In this document: piece by piece, positions 9,159 through 15,900 of the stretch | Layout of the letters: each line of letters begins with the position of its first letter | How positions within the stretch are numbered: the first letter of the stretch is position 1 | Assembly: GCA_005222975.1 (NCBI GenBank) | Contig: NJBI01000066.1 | Coordinates: forward strand, 1 to 15,900 | Length of the DNA stretch: 15,900 nt | Origin: Promethearchaeota archaeon Loki_b31 | GTDB lineage: Archaea > Asgardarchaeota > Lokiarchaeia > Sigyniarchaeales > SOKP01 | Direction of reading: 5' to 3' | The notes under the pieces: generated by a model | Seen by the model: the letters and a program-made list of their open reading frames with translations, nothing else | The model's database searches: none | Told to the model about the DNA's origin: nothing | Translations under genes and position numbers: made by a program

Positions 9159-9695
9159 TCAAGAAATATTTTTCAGTATTCGAAGAGTTAATTCAACAAA
9201 AGCATCTTCAACATTATCTCCTGTTTTAGCAGAGGTTTCAATATACAATAAATTTTCTTTCTTAGCAAATTGTTGGGTATCTTTTCGATCTACAACTTCA
9301 CCAATTTCAGGAATCAAATCTAATTTATTTCCTATTAACACCACAGGAATTTTGTCTTGAATAATTGACCGCATATCATTTAACCATCTTTTAGATTCAG
9401 TATATGTGTTTTCCCTCGTAAGATCAAAAACCAATAATGCTCCATTAGCTCCTTTATAAAAACTACGATTTAGGAATCGAAACCTATCTTGACCTCCGAT
9501 ATCCCATATTGTGAGCTTAGCATTTTTGGATGGTTTATACTCTACATTTTTCATAAGAAAATCTGCTCCAATTGTAAATTTATACTTTAAAGAAAATTTA
9601 TTGTTGACAAACCTATTTATTAGACTAGTTTTTCCTACTGCTCCAGGTCCAATAATTAGTACTTTAAAATTATATTTTGATTCATTCTCATTCAT
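9159..9695 (-). CDS. Rab-like small GTPase (Ras superfamily, eukaryotic signature protein)
   Basis: G1 GPGAVGKT, G2 FTIGADF, G3 WDIGGQ, RFRFL, G4 NKLD, G5 ETSAK. ATG at 9695 is preferred over TTG at 9704. No C-terminal Cys. Confidence 0.95.
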   Translation of the reverse strand: MNENESKYNFKVLIIGPGAVGKTSLINRFVNNKFSLKYKFTIGADFLMKNVEYKPSKNAKLTIWDIGGQDRFRFLNRSFYKGANGALLVFDLTRENTYTESKRWLNDMRSIIQDKIPVVLIGNKLDLIPEIGEVVDRKDTQQFAKKENLLYIETSAKTGDNVEDAFVELTLRILKNIS

Positions 9696-9845
9696 ATCAA
9701 TCAATTGGATTAATTTAATTAATTTATTTGAAAATTTTTTTTTTAATTTTTATTAATATATTAGATATTTTCCTTACTAAGTTATATGCTTTTCTGCAAT
9801 TAATTTTGAAAAAACTTTTTCAACTAATAATGATTTTTAATAGTG

Positions 9846-10288
9846 CTATTCTTTTAGCGTGTAAATTGTATCACAATATTGATCGCCTGCTGCAACGGTT
9901 TTAATAATCTTAAGTTCGACCTTGTCGCTAACTGCTTCACGAAAATACTCGTGGTCGATTGCCATAACGGCTTCGCATAACGCCCTAGCGTATTTTCAAG
10001 ACCAAAAGGACACCTGGTGCCTTGAATTTGAAATTTTTCATCTGAGACAGAAATTATCTTAACAAAATTAGGATTAAAGCTCTTTGAAAATGCATGTGCT
10101 ACAGTTGTTAATTTATTATCTGGTAATTTTTTCATTACTTTTAAGCCTAAAGCACGACCTTGTCTTCCACAAACACTTTCTATAATAGGTAATGCTTCAT
10201 TTCCGAATTTTTTATAAAATTCTTTTATCAATATACCTTGAGCTTCTATGGGATTATTTGGCAATTTTTCCGAATTTTTTTGAACCAT
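9846..10288 (-). pseudogene. Frameshifted L-2-amino-thiazoline-4-carboxylate hydrolase-like (ATC_hydrolase / V4R-like) gene
   Basis: After TRCPFGLENT the family-like sequence continues in another frame: RALCEAVMAIDHEYFREAVSDKVELKIIKTVAAGDQYCDTIYTLKE* (TAG at 9846-9848). This restores the CP...LC...D...T.A.GD..C pattern and implies a 1-nt loss near 9988. Confidence 0.8.
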
Positions 10289-10391
10289 TATATTATCAAC
10301 CTTAGTAAATATACTTAAAGATTCTATTTAAAAATTTTTTTAATGAAGAAAAAAACAATTATTATCTTTTGACTCTATGTCGTAAAGCGAT

Positions 10392-11204
10392 CTATTGTTT
10401 AATAAAATTGTACTTTCTTCCATATTTCTTAAAGAATTTCATTCCACCACCCTCTTGCAGAACTTTAATTGCTGATTCAGAATCAATTATATTCATACCT
10501 CCAACGATATCCACACCTTTATCAAATAAAATATCAGGTAGAAAGCTGATGCTTGGTCCGATTAAAACAACATTTTTAGCTTTGTTTTTAAACACAGATA
10601 AGATCTTTTCAAGTGTATTATTGATTAACGATGTTCCTGTACAAAATAGAATATCTATTGCTAAATTACTTTCCTTTAAATCGTCGATATCATTTAATAT
10701 TGGGATATTTTGATAAGATCTCTTAATTGAAGGGTTGTTATCAATTATGCTAATGAATTTGGTTTTGTTCAAAATCTTTCTTATCATAGGTTTCATGAAA
10801 CCAATGAAGAGGATTTTTGTAGTTTGTTTTATTTTTAAAAAATCTACTAAATCTTCCTCAATCTCTTTATATGGGGATTTCACTGCTAAAATATGTTGAG
10901 ATGCAGCATTTAAAGTTGCGATACCGATAATTTTTTCTAAACTAGGAGTTTGATATGACCAACTTATTAATTCTTTAAAAGACTTATCAGTTAAGCTTCC
11001 TGCAAAATCGATTTTGGTACAATTAGTTGATTGTATAATAGCAGGTAAAGTAGCCGCTAACCCTAAAAAGGGATCGTAAGCTAAGGCTTCTAATTCAACG
11101 CCCGTATATCCCAACCCAATAACTACTTTACTAACTCTTGGTGGTATGATTTTATGATATTTATAGATATTTAGAACAAGTTTAACAGTGTTCTCTAAGA
11201 TCAT
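10392..11204 (-). CDS. DUF364/DUF4213 family protein (enolase-N-like plus Rossmann-like domains)
   Basis: VVIGLGYTGV, IGIATLNAASQ, IGFMKP, TGTSLINNTLE..L, GPS and GVDIVGG motifs. Confidence 0.85.
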   Translation of the reverse strand: MILENTVKLVLNIYKYHKIIPPRVSKVVIGLGYTGVELEALAYDPFLGLAATLPAIIQSTNCTKIDFAGSLTDKSFKELISWSYQTPSLEKIIGIATLNAASQHILAVKSPYKEIEEDLVDFLKIKQTTKILFIGFMKPMIRKILNKTKFISIIDNNPSIKRSYQNIPILNDIDDLKESNLAIDILFCTGTSLINNTLEKILSVFKNKAKNVVLIGPSISFLPDILFDKGVDIVGGMNIIDSESAIKVLQEGGGMKFFKKYGRKYNFIKQ

Positions 11205-11335
11205 AAAATTTTAACCATATATTCCCTTAATATCTTCTTTTTATTATGTTTAATAATCTTATTGATTATTAAAACTCTGTTTAAATATGAAGTATAATTA
11301 TCTAATGTAATATTCCTTTTTTTAGTGATTACTTT

Positions 11336-11713
11336 ATGGATTACATAATTATTGAAAACGAGAAAATTGGTCAAATTAAAGCTAAATTACTTACTGAAAA
11401 AAATCCGGAAACCTGTAAAACAATTTGGGAAAACCTCCCTTTTGAATTGAATTTGTCTAGATGGGGGGAAGAACTATATGGAGAAATCCCCGTTTCAATT
11501 GAAAAGGAGAATTCACAGGTTGTTTGTGAAGTAGGTGATATTGGATACTGGCCCGATGGAAAGGGGTTTTGTATCTTTTTTGGTCCCACTCCAGTGAGTA
11601 AGGACGATAAACCAAAGTCAGCATCTCCAGTGAATATCTTTGCTAAAATTGAAGGAGATGCTAAAATATTCAATCAATTTTCTTCATTCAACGGAAATGT
11701 ATCTAAAGGATAA
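11336..11713 (+). CDS. Cyclophilin-like fold protein (DUF369 / TM1367-AF2241-like)
   Basis: PETC..IWENLP, WGEELY, VGDIGYWPDGKGFCIFFGPTP and ASPVN motifs. Confidence 0.88.
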   Translation: MDYIIIENEKIGQIKAKLLTEKNPETCKTIWENLPFELNLSRWGEELYGEIPVSIEKENSQVVCEVGDIGYWPDGKGFCIFFGPTPVSKDDKPKSASPVNIFAKIEGDAKIFNQFSSFNGNVSKG

Positions 11714-11827
11714 TAGATAGTTGCTCTAAATTTAATAAATAACAAATTAATAAAAATGTGAAGACTTATTCATACGACAACACAAGATCAAAGTGAGAAA
11801 CTCGACAAACGTCTTTTAATCATTTTC

Positions 11828-12985
11828 ATGATACAATTTACGGAAGTTTTAGGATTTAGCAGTGTGATGCCTATAATTCCATTTTTAGGAATTTCTTTAG
11901 GTTTGAATGCGTTTCAAGTTGGCTTAATTCTAAGTATTTTTAGCCTATGCCAACTTTTCGCTAGTCCAATTACTGGAAAACTTAGTGATAAATACGGAAG
12001 AAAACCTTTACTGCTTTTCAGTCAAACGAGCACGCTAATAGGATTTTTTCTCCTTGGAATCGCTATTAATGTCTGGATATTAGTTGCAGCTCGTCTTGTA
12101 GACGGTTTTCTTGGAAGTAATATGACTGTTGCTCAAGCGTATATTAGCGATGTGACAAATCCTAAATATCGAACTAAAACTTTCGGTTATTCAAGCGCTG
12201 TTTTTGGTGCCGGGTTAATATTTGGGCCTGTAATTGGTGGAATATTATCAACAATTAACTATTCGGTTCCCATGTTTTTTGCTGCTGGAGTTAGCCTTCT
12301 CTCCATAATATTGGTATTAATTTTTTTACCTGAATCACTAAATAAAAAAGAGAGAGAGATTAAATTAGATTTCAAGTTCGGAGATATAATCCCAATTATA
12401 GAAGCCAAAAGATTCTTTAAAACGGCTAAAATTCGGGGTATTTTAGTGGTTTTTTTCATCTATAATTTCGGGTTTTTTCTATTCATTTCAACATTTGCAC
12501 TATTGGCTGAAAAACAATTTAATGTTACTGTCCTAGAGGTTAGTTTTTACATGGCCTGGATTGGAGTGCTTAGGGTCATTTTCCAAAGTGCTCTCATCAA
12601 TCCATTATTGAAGAAGTTAAGTGAAAACACAACTCTGAGGGTAGGTATTTTCGCCATGATTTTCACAATGACATTTCTTATTTTTTCCACTAGCTACTGG
12701 ATCGTGTATCTTCCCCTTAGCTTTTTAGCATTTGGATCAGGTGTAGTTCGTCCCATTCTTACTAGTAAGTTAACCAAAGCTGTTAAAAAGGAGGAGACTG
12801 GTAGTTTGCTAGGAGTAAGTAACGCGTTAGCCAGTATTGGTCAGATTATAACCCCAATTCTCGGTGGATTAATCTTACAATTTCTACCTACACAAACGCT
12901 TCCATTCTTTTCAGCAGTTATATTCGCACTTATATTTCTAATATGGAAATGGGTATTTGTCAATTCGGTTCAAGAAGAAAAATAG
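11828..12985 (+). CDS. MFS transporter, TetA/DHA1-like; true start probably upstream of 11828
   Basis: Motif A GKLSDKYGRK, ARLVDG, AYISD, motif C-like GLIFGPVIGG and about 12 hydrophobic segments. The frame is open to 11762 and encodes the rest of TM1 (KLDKRLLIIF). Confidence 0.92.
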   Translation: MIQFTEVLGFSSVMPIIPFLGISLGLNAFQVGLILSIFSLCQLFASPITGKLSDKYGRKPLLLFSQTSTLIGFFLLGIAINVWILVAARLVDGFLGSNMTVAQAYISDVTNPKYRTKTFGYSSAVFGAGLIFGPVIGGILSTINYSVPMFFAAGVSLLSIILVLIFLPESLNKKEREIKLDFKFGDIIPIIEAKRFFKTAKIRGILVVFFIYNFGFFLFISTFALLAEKQFNVTVLEVSFYMAWIGVLRVIFQSALINPLLKKLSENTTLRVGIFAMIFTMTFLIFSTSYWIVYLPLSFLAFGSGVVRPILTSKLTKAVKKEETGSLLGVSNALASIGQIITPILGGLILQFLPTQTLPFFSAVIFALIFLIWKWVFVNSVQEEK

Positions 12986-13234
12986 CAAGTAATAAAATCT
13001 AAAGAACAAGTTATTAACTGATAATTTTTTCATTTTTCTTTTTCAATTCTTCGTAATATCACCATAATATCGAGGTAATAGGTTAATTTTCCAAATGAAT
13101 GATATATAAGTATTCCATTTAATAATTTTTTAAAAGAAGAAGAAAACAAAAATCTGATGATGGATATTTTTATTGAAAACGAAAAAATAAAGTAAAGAAA
13201 GGAGACTAGACCTAAAGCATTTAAAATTCTAAAC

Positions 13235-13825
13235 TTAATTTTCGAATTTATCTAGAATCTCTTTTGAGATATTTCGCAAATTATTATTAAAATCTAATCT
13301 AAATCCTTTTAGAATCTCTTTAAAATCGCTTTCTAGATCCATCCTTTTTAATCGAAAACGAAGGTATTTCCAATCTAATTTATCCTTATTCGCAATGATA
13401 ATTTTTAAGATATCACTAATATCGATCGAACTACGATCAGATCTCCCAAGTTTTGTCAAGATATAATCTTCAACGGCTAGCACATAAACATTATCAAAAA
13501 ATTTTTGTATTCTTCCGACCATTTGTTCATCCCAATGAAAAGCATCACAAGGTTTTAACCATATCTCTGCTTCCCCGAGCTTTCCGAATACTGTAAATAA
13601 ATTATGAATTATTTTTGGTTTTTGGACAGTTGAAATCTCGTTTTGATTCAAGGCTTCAATAAATCTGTTTAACTCTTCTTGAGACATAATATATATACAA
13701 ATATCAATATCTAGCGTTGTTCTTGCTACGCTATAAGCTGGAAGAGCTAATCCACCAATAAGAACGATAGGAACCTTACAATCGGCAGCTATTTTTAAAA
13801 TTGTTTGAAGAAGATCACTTATCAA
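13235..13825 (-). CDS. Nucleotidyltransferase (Pol-beta superfamily, DUF6036/AbiEii-like)
   Basis: LIGGLA......RTTLDID catalytic motif, EDYILTKL...R...D..DI, and C-terminal LDWKYL. Confidence 0.82.
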   Translation of the reverse strand: MISDLLQTILKIAADCKVPIVLIGGLALPAYSVARTTLDIDICIYIMSQEELNRFIEALNQNEISTVQKPKIIHNLFTVFGKLGEAEIWLKPCDAFHWDEQMVGRIQKFFDNVYVLAVEDYILTKLGRSDRSSIDISDILKIIIANKDKLDWKYLRFRLKRMDLESDFKEILKGFRLDFNNNLRNISKEILDKFEN

Positions 13826-13976
13826 CTTGAATCAACTTGAGTATATCTTTAAAAATTTGTTCTGTGGTTTTTCCTCGCTCAATTAGGCGTTGGAACTCCT
13901 CTACTTTTTTATATGCCCGTTCTACATCTGAAAGAGTAACATGAATAGGAGCGCGGGTTTTTTTTTTCACGACCAT
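13815..13976 (-). CDS. Small hypothetical protein (53 aa) not in the ORF track; putative partner of the nucleotidyltransferase
   Basis: Read by hand: MVVKKKTRAPIHVTLSDVERAYKKVEEFQRLIERGKTTEQIFKDILKLIQVDK*. ATG follows AT-rich DNA, and the 3' end overlaps the NTase TTG start by 11 nt. Confidence 0.7.
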   Translation of the reverse strand: MVVKKKTRAPIHVTLSDVERAYKKVEEFQRLIERGKTTEQIFKDILKLIQVDK

Positions 13977-14109
13977 GTTCATTCTTATTACTAAAATAAA
14001 TTTATTCCTTTTTATAATTTTATATCTGTTTATGGTTTATAATTTCTCTCAAACTAAAAATAATATCCTTATATACATAATATATCGTGAAACTCAGCTT
14101 TCATAGTTC

Positions 14110-14151
14110 TTTTTAATGAAAATAATGATGTTTTTAATGAAAATTATGAAG
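14110..14151. repeat. 21-bp tandem direct repeat (2 copies)
   Basis: TTTTTAATGAAAATAATGATG followed by TTTTTAATGAAAATTATGAAG, with 2 mismatches. Confidence 0.7.
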
Positions 14152-14169
14152 AATTTTCAAAATTTTATT

Positions 14170-14268
14170 ACTTAATAAAGATTTATTAAGTTCAAAACAT
14201 TAAACTTAATAAAAAGCAATAAAGTTAAATACGAATTATTCTGTTATCTTAATAACAACCTATTAAGT
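14170..14268. promoter_or_regulatory. Three palindromic operator-like sites CTTAATA-N6-TATTAAG
   Basis: 14171-14190 CTTAATA-AAGATT-TATTAAG; 14205-14224 CTTAATA-AAAAGC-AATAAAG (2 mismatches); 14248-14267 CTTAATA-ACAACC-TATTAAG. Each is followed by TT. Confidence 0.7.
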
Positions 14269-14284
14269 TAAAAAAGTGATAAAA

Positions 14285-14617
14285 ATGAAAAAAAAATTAT
14301 CAGAAAAAAACCAGATTTTAGAGCTATTGACCAAAACCGACCTAACTTCTTCTAAAATTCACGAATTAACGGAAATCGACAAACAACACGTATATATCTA
14401 TTTAAATTCTTTATTAAAAGATAAAAAAATAGAAAGGTTAAACGATAAAAAACCATACATATATTTCGCAGTTAAAACTAAGGAATACTTAGCGTTTCTA
14501 AACGATTTTTTTAAAGATAACATAGAATATCTAATGGGGGATCCTAAAATCGATAAATTCATCGAAAAGAACGAAAAAACGTTCGATAAAATCGAAAGGG
14601 TGGTAACTAATGCCTAG
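14285..14617 (+). CDS. Winged helix-turn-helix DNA-binding protein
   Basis: QILELL...LTSSKIHELTEIDKQHVYIYLNSLLKDKKIER....PYIY fits the wHTH (TrmB/ArsR-like) pattern. ATG at 14285, alternative GTG at 14276. Confidence 0.75.
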   Translation: MKKKLSEKNQILELLTKTDLTSSKIHELTEIDKQHVYIYLNSLLKDKKIERLNDKKPYIYFAVKTKEYLAFLNDFFKDNIEYLMGDPKIDKFIEKNEKTFDKIERVVTNA

Positions 14618-14891
14618 CCTAGCAGAATTAAGAAAACAAAAATTAAAAGAACAGGAAGAAAGAAAAAAAGGACCTGAAGTTAAAAAAGTGCAAAAATCGG
14701 ATTTTACACCGGAAAAATTCCCCAGGGAGAAAAAACCTAAATTAAAAATAAAGACAGATAGAGATGCAAATAAAAAGCGTTTACTAAACAGAATTACTAA
14801 TACACTTGAAGGGGAGATGGAGAATATTCCGATTGAGGTTTTCAGAAGTTTTGATTTATTTTTTAGAACAATAAAAGAAAGAGGTAAATAA
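14610..14891 (+). CDS. Small Lys/Glu-rich hypothetical protein
   Basis: ATG overlaps the upstream gene end by 8 nt and has a G-rich SD (GGGTGGT). Charged N-terminus, helical C-terminus. Confidence 0.7.
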   Translation: MPSLAELRKQKLKEQEERKKGPEVKKVQKSDFTPEKFPREKKPKLKIKTDRDANKKRLLNRITNTLEGEMENIPIEVFRSFDLFFRTIKERGK

Positions 14892-14894
14892 AAA

Positions 14895-15290
14895 ATGTGT
14901 AAATGTAAAAGATGTGGAAGAACGCTAAAAAATCAAAAATCAAAAAAATTGGGTTACGGTCCTACTTGTTATCGGATCGTTCAACTACAAAAAATACAAC
15001 CTAAAAAACTTGATATGATAGAAATAAAACGGTTTATTACTTCAGAAATTCAAAGAGCTTTTAGAGATTCCAATTTTAATAGAATTGCTACACAACATAA
15101 CGGTTCTGAAATAGTTCCAATTAAAGTTGATAAACCACCTAAATTTGATTCAATAGAAGTGGATAAACGACTAGTTATAAAGGAATTAAAAAACCAATTG
15201 GAAAAAGGAATCGAAAACATACTTCATAAAGTTGGAAGTTTTGACGATCAGATTGCTTTTATTGAAATTCCTGTGGAAATTTCCACTTAA
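14895..15290 (+). CDS. DUF6011-like zinc-finger protein
   Basis: N-terminal CKRCGRTLKNQKSKKLGYGPTC matches the CxxCGRxLxxxxSxxxGxGPxC signature. SD GAGGT; starts 3 nt after the upstream stop. Confidence 0.8.
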   Translation: MCKCKRCGRTLKNQKSKKLGYGPTCYRIVQLQKIQPKKLDMIEIKRFITSEIQRAFRDSNFNRIATQHNGSEIVPIKVDKPPKFDSIEVDKRLVIKELKNQLEKGIENILHKVGSFDDQIAFIEIPVEIST

Positions 15291-15314
15291 TTAATTTTTT
15301 TTCTTTTTTTTTTT
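15291..15314 (+). terminator. Archaeal-type oligo-T terminator
   Basis: TTTTTTTTCTTTTTTTTTTT immediately after the operon stop codon. Confidence 0.6.
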
Positions 15315-15596
15315 AAGATTTAGACATTTAGACGTGATTTATATCAACTTAAAAATAATCGATTGAAATTTCGCCTTAAAACGAAGGTTTTTTGGCGATT
15401 TATTAGAGATATGATTTTAGATACACAATTTTATAAATTTTTCTAGTTTTTTCGAATTCTTTCAAAAATTCTGCAAATCTACATAGTAGAGTTGTAAAGT
15501 CTTGAGAGTTTAATGACATAAAACAATAACGTCTTATTTTTATTGTATCTCTTATTTTGGTTAAATTTACAACTTTACGATTAGAAGGCAAATCTC

Positions 15597-15699
15597 GATT
15601 TCAGGAAGATAATTTTATCCTGGATAATATGTAATTTTTAAAAAAATATGGCCATCCTGAAATCAAAAATTTACAAAATATTTGGATCCAGGATAAAAT
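15597..15699. repeat. Two interleaved inverted repeats sharing a TCCTG(G/A)A core
   Basis: GATTTCAGGA (15597-15606) pairs with TCCTGAAATC (15655-15664). ATTTTATCCTGGAT (15612-15625) pairs with ATCCAGGATAAAAT (15686-15699). Both pairs are perfect. Confidence 0.75.
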
Positions 15700-15806
15700 C
15701 TAAAAAAAAAGTAATTAATTTTTTGATTCCCACAGTTTTTCACTAGAATACAGCTCTTTTTGGGTGATTTCTATCTTTCTTTTGAAAGTATATCTTATTA
15801 TATAAA

Positions 15807-15900
15807 GTGACTGAGATTATTAGTATAACTCCAAAACCTAAAACAATTGATTCGAGCCATGGAGGTCGTTGGACAATTGTAAAGAATGGGATAGGTCCAT
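15807..15900 (+). CDS. Possible 5' end of a gene running off the window
   Basis: GTG-initiated open frame MTEIISITPKPKTIDSSHGGRWTIVKNGIGP..., with higher GC than the preceding DNA. No recognisable motif. Confidence 0.3.
   Translation, partial: MTEIISITPKPKTIDSSHGGRWTIVKNGIGP

Noticed and set aside
9133-12459. Short ORFs 9133-9360, 9511-9756, 10369-10713, 11371-11673 and 12259-12459
   Set aside because: Antisense to confident genes.
4807-13817. Genome-wide UGA reassignment or selenoprotein
   Set aside because: TGA ends the Rab-like gene and the 53-aa ORF at plausible positions, long genes have no internal TGA, the SEC-C TGA is in a pseudogene at a Gly site, and no SECIS was recognised.
14110-14270. 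CRISPR array interpretation of the repeats
   Set aside because: Units are short palindromes with variable centres and irregular 14-23 bp gaps, and no cas genes are present.
13018-14303. Imperfect inverted match AAAAATGAAAAAA(AAA)TTATCAG flanking the NTase module, considered as terminal inverted repeats
   Set aside because: Low complexity, needs a 3-nt gap, one copy is the wHTH start, and no target duplication or transposase is seen.
15403-15591. 62-aa minus-strand ORF
   Set aside because: TTG start, no SD or recognisable motif, and it lies in repeat-rich intergenic DNA. Cannot be supported.
1-15900. tRNA, rRNA, transposase or integrase genes
   Set aside because: None recognisable by eye.

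Overview
AT-rich archaeal-type DNA. The Rab-like small GTPase, tungsten AOR, long N-terminally extended Fe-ADH and acyl-CoA ligase suggest an Asgard archaeon (Lokiarchaeia-like); this is an inference, not a database result. The left two-thirds is metabolic: an adh-aor operon, a C_GCAxxG_C_C protein, a decayed anaerobic-sulfatase-maturase radical SAM gene, a family VIII esterase, an acyl-CoA ligase, DUF362, the Rab-like GTPase, a frameshifted ATC-hydrolase-like gene, DUF364, a cyclophilin-like protein and an MFS transporter. Several genes show rearrangement or decay scars. From about 13.2 kb the window looks accessory. An unannotated 53-aa ORF is coupled to a nucleotidyltransferase. Divergent from it is a wHTH / basic protein / DUF6011-like Zn-finger operon. 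The intergenic DNA carries a 21-bp tandem repeat and three copies of the palindrome CTTAATA-N6-TATTAAG, and interleaved inverted repeats lie downstream of the operon. This is a candidate small mobile or proviral regulatory module.
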